Source of the DNA: Clostridia bacterium
GTDB taxonomy: Bacteria > Bacillota > Clostridia > Oscillospirales > CAG-272
DNA length: 64,000 bases
Direction: 5' to 3'
Assembly: GCA_017502875.1 (NCBI GenBank)
Contig: JAFVUF010000001.1
Coordinates: 10,191 to 74,190, forward strand
In this document: one piece after another, positions 59,680 to 64,000 of the stretch
How the letters are laid out: each line of letters begins with the position of its first letter
Position numbering within the stretch: position 1 is the stretch's first letter
Notes under the pieces: generated by a model
Database searches by the model: none
The model's input: the letters and a program-made list of their open reading frames with translations, nothing else
What the model was told of the DNA's origin: nothing
Program-made: the position numbers and the translations under genes

Positions 59680-59703
59680 TTAAACGGTAATTCCTTTCGG
59701 AGA

Positions 59704-60924
59704 TTATTTTACGAGCCTTCCGTTTATGAAAAGCTCCATAAGGTTTTCACCCTTGGAAATGTAGAAACCGGTAGACTTTGCGCTCTCCTCGTGATAGCAG
59801 TCTATTCCGTTTTCGCTTACGCTGTGGTGATAGAGAATGAACGGAACGGGGTCCATTGTGTGAGTGCGCTTGCATACAGGCGTGGGGTGGTCGGGAAGCA
59901 CGAGAATCTTGAAGTCCTCTCCGCTATCGCAAAGGTATTCATAAACGGGCTTCAGAATATCGGCGTCTATTTTCTCAACGGAGAGTATTTTATTCTCAAG
60001 CTCAGCGCGGTGTCCGCACTCGTCGGGCGCTTCCACGTGAATATAAACGTAGTCCGCGCCGTTCTTGAATTCGTTGATAGCCGCCTTAGCCTTGCCCGCA
60101 AAGTTGGTGCTTATATTACCCGTAGCGCCCTCTACGTCAACGGAACGCATTCCGGCGCAGATGGCAATTCCTTTAATAAGGTCGACAGCTGATATGACCG
60201 AGGCGTTAAGTCCCCACTTATCCTTAAAGGAGGGAAGCGCGGGCTTCTTTCCGGGAGACCAGAACCAAGCGGAGTTTGCGGGGCGCAGACCTCTTTTGAT
60301 TCTGTCCAGGTTTACAGGGTGATTTTTAAGTATTTCGTAGCTCTTTTTCTGTAAGGTGAGGAACGGCTCTTCGGGGAGATACTCCTTTATACCCTGACCG
60401 AGAATGTCGTGGGGGCGCATAAAGTCCTTGAAACAGGGAGCGTTATTCCAGATAAGGCAATGACGGTAGCTTACGCCTGTGTAAAAATGCTTTGCTTCAT
60501 CGCCAAGCTCTGCCTGAATTGCTTTGATAAGCACGTCAGCCTCGGCGGTGGTTATCTCGTCGGCTCCGTGGTCTATCATTATCTTATCCTCATAGGGAAC
60601 CTCGTCGTCTCCGGGGTTGCCGAGAGTAACGACGTTGCAGCGGTAGGCGGTGTCGTTAGGCGCCATTTCAAGTCCGAGAGACATAGCCTCAAGCGGCGAG
60701 CGTCCCTTTGAATAGAGCTTAGGGTCATAAGACATAACGGCGAGGTTAGCGGTGTCGGATTCGGGCACCATTCCATCGGGAACGTTTGATACGGTTCCCG
60801 CAAGAGATTTTTTAGCGAGCATATCCATCGTCGGCTTTGAAGCCACCGCGAGCGGAGTTTTTCCGTCAAGCTCCTTTATCGGATAATCAGCCGCGCCGTC
60901 GCAGAGAAGTACAAGGTATTTCAT
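59704..60924 (-). CDS. apgM: Cofactor-independent phosphoglycerate mutase (ApgM type, COG3635)
   Basis: MKYLVLLCDGAADYP...SDTANL...HVEAPDECGH...LPDHPTP metalloenzyme motifs. The start is set at ATG 60924 (RBS AAAGGACG). Confidence 0.88.
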   Translation of the reverse strand: MKYLVLLCDGAADYPIKELDGKTPLAVASKPTMDMLAKKSLAGTVSNVPDGMVPESDTANLAVMSYDPKLYSKGRSPLEAMSLGLEMAPNDTAYRCNVVTLGNPGDDEVPYEDKIMIDHGADEITTAEADVLIKAIQAELGDEAKHFYTGVSYRHCLIWNNAPCFKDFMRPHDILGQGIKEYLPEEPFLTLQKKSYEILKNHPVNLDRIKRGLRPANSAWFWSPGKKPALPSFKDKWGLNASVISAVDLIKGIAICAGMRSVDVEGATGNISTNFAGKAKAAINEFKNGADYVYIHVEAPDECGHRAELENKILSVEKIDADILKPVYEYLCDSGEDFKILVLPDHPTPVCKRTHTMDPVPFILYHHSVSENGIDCYHEESAKSTGFYISKGENLMELFINGRLVK

Positions 60925-61080
60925 AGTATTTGCGTCCTTTACTGAAAAAATTATCAAGAAAAAGTATATCACATTATTTAGAATAATTCAAGTATTTAAG
61001 TTTAAATTTTAAACTTTATTATCAATCGCGCTGAGAAATGAGCAGAAAATAAATCTAAATGTAAACTTTTTGTGAAATGC

Positions 61081-61185
61081 TTGCAATTTCTAAAAAGGCG
61101 TGATATAATGATTAGGTCTGAATTTCGGACGGTCCTCTGCGTTAGCTCTGCACGAACGTCCGCGTACTAAAAGGAGGAAGTCACA
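61081..61185 (+). promoter_or_regulatory. rplS promoter (TTGCAA-17-TATAAT) and a structured 5' leader, possibly an L19-leader-type autoregulatory element
   Basis: The promoter is at 61081-61109. The roughly 70-nt leader contains the stem CGGACG...CGTCCG just upstream of RBS AAGGAGGA. The family assignment is not verified. Confidence 0.35.
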
Positions 61186-61527
61186 ATGGATTTGATGACG
61201 GCTTTTACAAACGAGCAGCTTAAAGAAAACGCCCCCGAAATCTGCATAGGTGATACGGTTGTCGTACACTGCAGAATTAAGGACGGAAGCAATGAGAGAA
61301 TTCAGCTTTTCGAGGGCACAGTAATCGCAAAGAAGGGCGGCGGAATCTCCGAGACCTTTACCGTTAGAAAGGTATCTTACGGTGTAGGTGTTGAGAAGAT
61401 ATTCCCCGTACATTCACCTAACGTTGCGAAGATCGACGTAGTCAGAAAGGGTAAGGTAAGAAGAGCTAAGCTTTATTACCTCCGCGACAGAGTCGGTAAG
61501 AGCTCCAAGGTTAAGGAGCGCATCTGA
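61186..61527 (+). CDS. rplS: 50S ribosomal protein L19
   Basis: [42 protein letters not shown]...RRAKLYYLR is a full-length L19. Confidence 0.96.
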   Translation: MDLMTAFTNEQLKENAPEICIGDTVVVHCRIKDGSNERIQLFEGTVIAKKGGGISETFTVRKVSYGVGVEKIFPVHSPNVAKIDVVRKGKVRRAKLYYLRDRVGKSSKVKERI

Positions 61528-61560
61528 TTTAATGCGTTAAGCGTTAGTCAAAGGTAAAAG

Positions 61561-61597
61561 AAAAGAGGCTGAGTCGGTTTGACTTGGCCTCTTTTGA
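61561..61597. terminator. Bidirectional intrinsic terminator between rplS and the convergent desulfurase gene
   Basis: AAAAGAGGC...GCCTCTTTT stem with an inner AGTC/GACT helix. Confidence 0.75.
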
Positions 61598-61598
61598 T

Positions 61599-62756
61599 TT
61601 ACCGTTCAGTTCGTTTTGATAATATTTTTTCGCATACCGTCAGGAAGCGTCTGACCTGGTCAGGCGTATTTTTAGCGCCGAGGCTTACCCTCACCGCGCC
61701 GTCCTCGTTTGTTCCGATACGCCTATGGGCAAGAGGGGCGCAGTGCAGTCCTGCTCTTACGCATATACCGTAGCGGCTTAGCAGTTGGGCAAATTCCTCG
61801 GAGGTGTAGCCCTTGACCGAAAAAAGCAGTATACTGCCGTCGGTCAGTGAATGCACAGTAACGTCCTTTATCCTTGAAAGTCCCCTTCGCAGTAATGCGC
61901 ATAGGGCTTTTTCTTTTTGACTTATGCTGTCAACGCCCTGCCTCTTAACGTAGTCTACGCCTGCGGAGAGGGCAACGATAGCGGGTAGGGACAGAGTGCC
62001 CGCCTCAAGTCTGTCGGGCAAAAAATCCGGCATATACGCGCTTTCCGACGCCATGCCGTTTCCGCCCTCAATAAACGTTGATAGCCGTCCGCTTTCGCTC
62101 AGAGACTTGCTGAATATCGCAAATCCAAGACCCGGAATACCGTAAAGTCCCTTGTGCGCGGGGGCGCACAAAATATCGATAAGGTCGTTTTCAACGCTTA
62201 TCGGAACGCAGCCCGCGCTCTGCGAGGCGTCAAGCAGAAATACGATACCCTTTTTTCTGCAAAAATGTCCAATAGCTCTCGCCGGCAAACATAGATTACA
62301 GATGTTGGAATGATGGCATGCGCAGATAAGCGAGGTGTTCGCTTTGATTTTCGACGCAAGCTCACGGATAAGCCTTTCCGGGTCATCTGTCGCGCGGTAG
62401 ATGTCAAAGGTTATCAGTCCTCTTTTGGCAAGGGCGGATATGGGACGAAGCACGGCGTTGTGTTCGATATCCGATATAAGAACGTGGTCGCCGCGTCTGA
62501 GCGTTGACTTTATACCGAGGTTTATCGCATGCGTAGCGCTTGACGTGAAAACGACGTTTTCGTCCTCCGCGTCGAAAAGACGGGCGAGCTTGCTTCTGCA
62601 TTCGTAAACCGCCTCTGCCGCCCTGGCTGCGAGAGGGTGAGACGAGCGCCCAGGATTAGCGCAATAATTTTTTATTACGTCGTTTGTGGCGTTAAGAACG
62701 GAAATCGGCTTAGGAAAGCTGGTGGCTGCGTTGTCAAAATAAATTAAATTTTCCAT
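61599..62756 (-). CDS. Class V aminotransferase-fold cysteine desulfurase family protein
   Basis: YFDNAATSFPKP, the PLP-Lys context (APAHKGLYGIPG) and the C-terminal block LHCAPLAHR, which is typical of the NifS/CsdA-related subfamily. Confidence 0.8.
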   Translation of the reverse strand: MENLIYFDNAATSFPKPISVLNATNDVIKNYCANPGRSSHPLAARAAEAVYECRSKLARLFDAEDENVVFTSSATHAINLGIKSTLRRGDHVLISDIEHNAVLRPISALAKRGLITFDIYRATDDPERLIRELASKIKANTSLICACHHSNICNLCLPARAIGHFCRKKGIVFLLDASQSAGCVPISVENDLIDILCAPAHKGLYGIPGLGFAIFSKSLSESGRLSTFIEGGNGMASESAYMPDFLPDRLEAGTLSLPAIVALSAGVDYVKRQGVDSISQKEKALCALLRRGLSRIKDVTVHSLTDGSILLFSVKGYTSEEFAQLLSRYGICVRAGLHCAPLAHRRIGTNEDGAVRVSLGAKNTPDQVRRFLTVCEKILSKRTER

Positions 62757-62778
62757 ATTCCGCGGTCAATCGCGCCGT

Positions 62779-63003
62779 TTAGCCGTAATGCTCAATGCTT
62801 TGAGGATATATGCCGTTTCGTTTCAGTGTATTCAGAGCCGCTTCTGCGTATGAAACGGAGACCGAAATGCCGTAGTGGCACCCTTCGCCGCTATGAGAGG
62901 TACGCTTAACTGCGGTTGATACGATACCTGATTCGGCTAAAAGCTTTTTTGCCTTCATCACCGCGGTAAGCGAGCGAAGAATAAATAATGACGAGCTTTT
63001 CAT
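62779..63003 (-). CDS. DUF3343-like small protein (putative S/Se carrier)
   Basis: 74 aa with the pattern F.S...AMKA...L...GI............C.YGI, typical of DUF3343. It lies adjacent to the desulfurase gene. Confidence 0.6.
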   Translation of the reverse strand: MKSSSLFILRSLTAVMKAKKLLAESGIVSTAVKRTSHSGEGCHYGISVSVSYAEAALNTLKRNGIYPQSIEHYG

Positions 63004-63105
63004 TTTGGCGCATTGTCCTTTCTTTTTATTTTCTTTAGTGAAGATGATAGCTTCACTTGGTACATTATATGTTTTTTACATTCCGCTTGATATTAAAGAA
63101 GACTG

Positions 63106-64000
63106 TTATGGCGTGGGCAGAAAATGAAGAACCGCGGCGCCCAGAAGCGCGCAAATCACTCCCGAAATCAGCTTTGTAAGAAGATATTTCCGTATACCTA
63201 CGTTATGTTCGAGCGCAAACGAGGCGGTCTGCATATGTACGCTTAGTCCCGCAAAGCCGACGGCGAAAAATGTGAGGATACGAGAGCTTTGATGGATTAC
63301 GGGTGAGTTTGAAAGGGAAATTTCACGTAGTATTTCGCAGGCGGCGGTAAGCTCGGTGAAGGAGATAACGGTAGCCGGGATAAGCGTGGGGAGTGAAAAA
63401 AACGAGCTTGCGGATACAGTGAAGGCGCTCAGTACCCCAAAGAAAATTACAAATCCACATATTTTTATAAGCGAGACGGCACTTGAAGCAACCGCGTCGG
63501 CAAAAAGGGCAGGGAAGCTGTTTTTTGCTTTTTGACTGATTACGGGCTTCGTCAAACAGGTTTTCCGGTCTCCTTTAAGCAGTATTCCCGTAACTGACGA
63601 GGCGACTATCTGACAAAGGTAAAGAAGCCAACCGAGGCGTACGCTCCCATATATCGAAACGCCTATTCCTACGACCACAAAGCCTATTCCGGCATTTGTC
63701 GATATACCCATAAGTTTTTCACAGTCGCTTTTTGTTATCTCGCCGTTTTTGTAAAGCGAGAGCGCGTATTTCGCGCCGAGAGGCAGACCGCAGACAGCGC
63801 CGAGAAGAAATGCGCTGACGCCGTTTTCCGATATACCGAAAAGCCTTGAAAACGGCTTTCCGAGTAGCCTGCCAACCGTTTCTCCGGCTCCAAGCGCGAA
63901 GAAAAGCTCTCCCGCAACCATAAAAGGAAAGAGCGAGGGGATAAGCTTTTGAGCGCAGAGTTGAAGCGAGGAGTCAACTGCCGCGCGCGAAACCTCTGGA
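63106..64000 (-). CDS. ylbJ: Sporulation integral membrane protein YlbJ-like (nucleoside-recognition/Gate domain); 5' end lies outside the window
   Basis: The frame stays open to the window edge (...LIPSLFPFMVAGELF...). AFLLGAVCGLPLGAKY...NAGIGFVVVG resembles YlbJ. Confidence 0.7.
   Translation of the reverse strand, partial: PEVSRAAVDSSLQLCAQKLIPSLFPFMVAGELFFALGAGETVGRLLGKPFSRLFGISENGVSAFLLGAVCGLPLGAKYALSLYKNGEITKSDCEKLMGISTNAGIGFVVVGIGVSIYGSVRLGWLLYLCQIVASSVTGILLKGDRKTCLTKPVISQKAKNSFPALFADAVASSAVSLIKICGFVIFFGVLSAFTVSASSFFSLPTLIPATVISFTELTAACEILREISLSNSPVIHQSSRILTFFAVGFAGLSVHMQTASFALEHNVGIRKYLLTKLISGVICALLGAAVLHFLPTP

Noticed and set aside
63037-63057. Hairpin AGTGAAG-ATGATAG-CTTCACT after ylbJ, which shares the GTGAAG/CTTCAC words with the 27.7 kb array
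   Set aside because: It is a single short hairpin in a T-rich spacer. The similarity is limited to 6-7 nt, which is too short to claim membership of the repeat family.

Overview
This 64 kb window is mostly conserved chromosomal backbone from a low/moderate-GC Firmicute. By gene content (RuvC, ECF module, YlbJ, HemZ, CIRCE-hrcA) it is most likely a spore-forming member of the Clostridia. Coding density is high and most genes are housekeeping:
- Isoprenoid and c-di-AMP genes: ispD, cdaA.
- DNA repair and recombination: recJ, ruvCAB, uvrBA, mutS2, ogg, rnhA, rnhB, and an Lhr-like helicase.
- Translation-related genes: dtd, truA, rplS, rbgA.
- Central metabolism: rpe, pgi, apgM, pheA, alr, rhaAB.
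- Transport and chaperones: the ecfA1-ecfA2-ecfT module, an SsuABC-like ABC importer, a MATE exporter, and the hrcA-grpE-dnaK operon with a textbook CIRCE operator.

I found no tRNA or rRNA genes, CRISPR arrays, transposases, integrases or recognisable defence islands.

The features that known families do not explain are:
1. An orphan two-gene operon encoding a Cys-rich acidic membrane peptide and a 1,262-aa hyper-acidic lipoprotein with no recognisable domain.
2. A gap of about 1 kb, AT-rich and nearly non-coding, between hrcA and a phage-type dNMP-kinase-like gene. It carries two paralogous promoter modules and candidate small RNAs.
3. A family of structured intergenic repeat modules. One is a 7-copy GTGAAGTT array. 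Two modules of about 61 nt share roughly 77% identity, and a GNRA-capped hairpin within them shows a compensatory base-pair change.

All functional calls rest on motif and family recognition by eye. No database searches were run.
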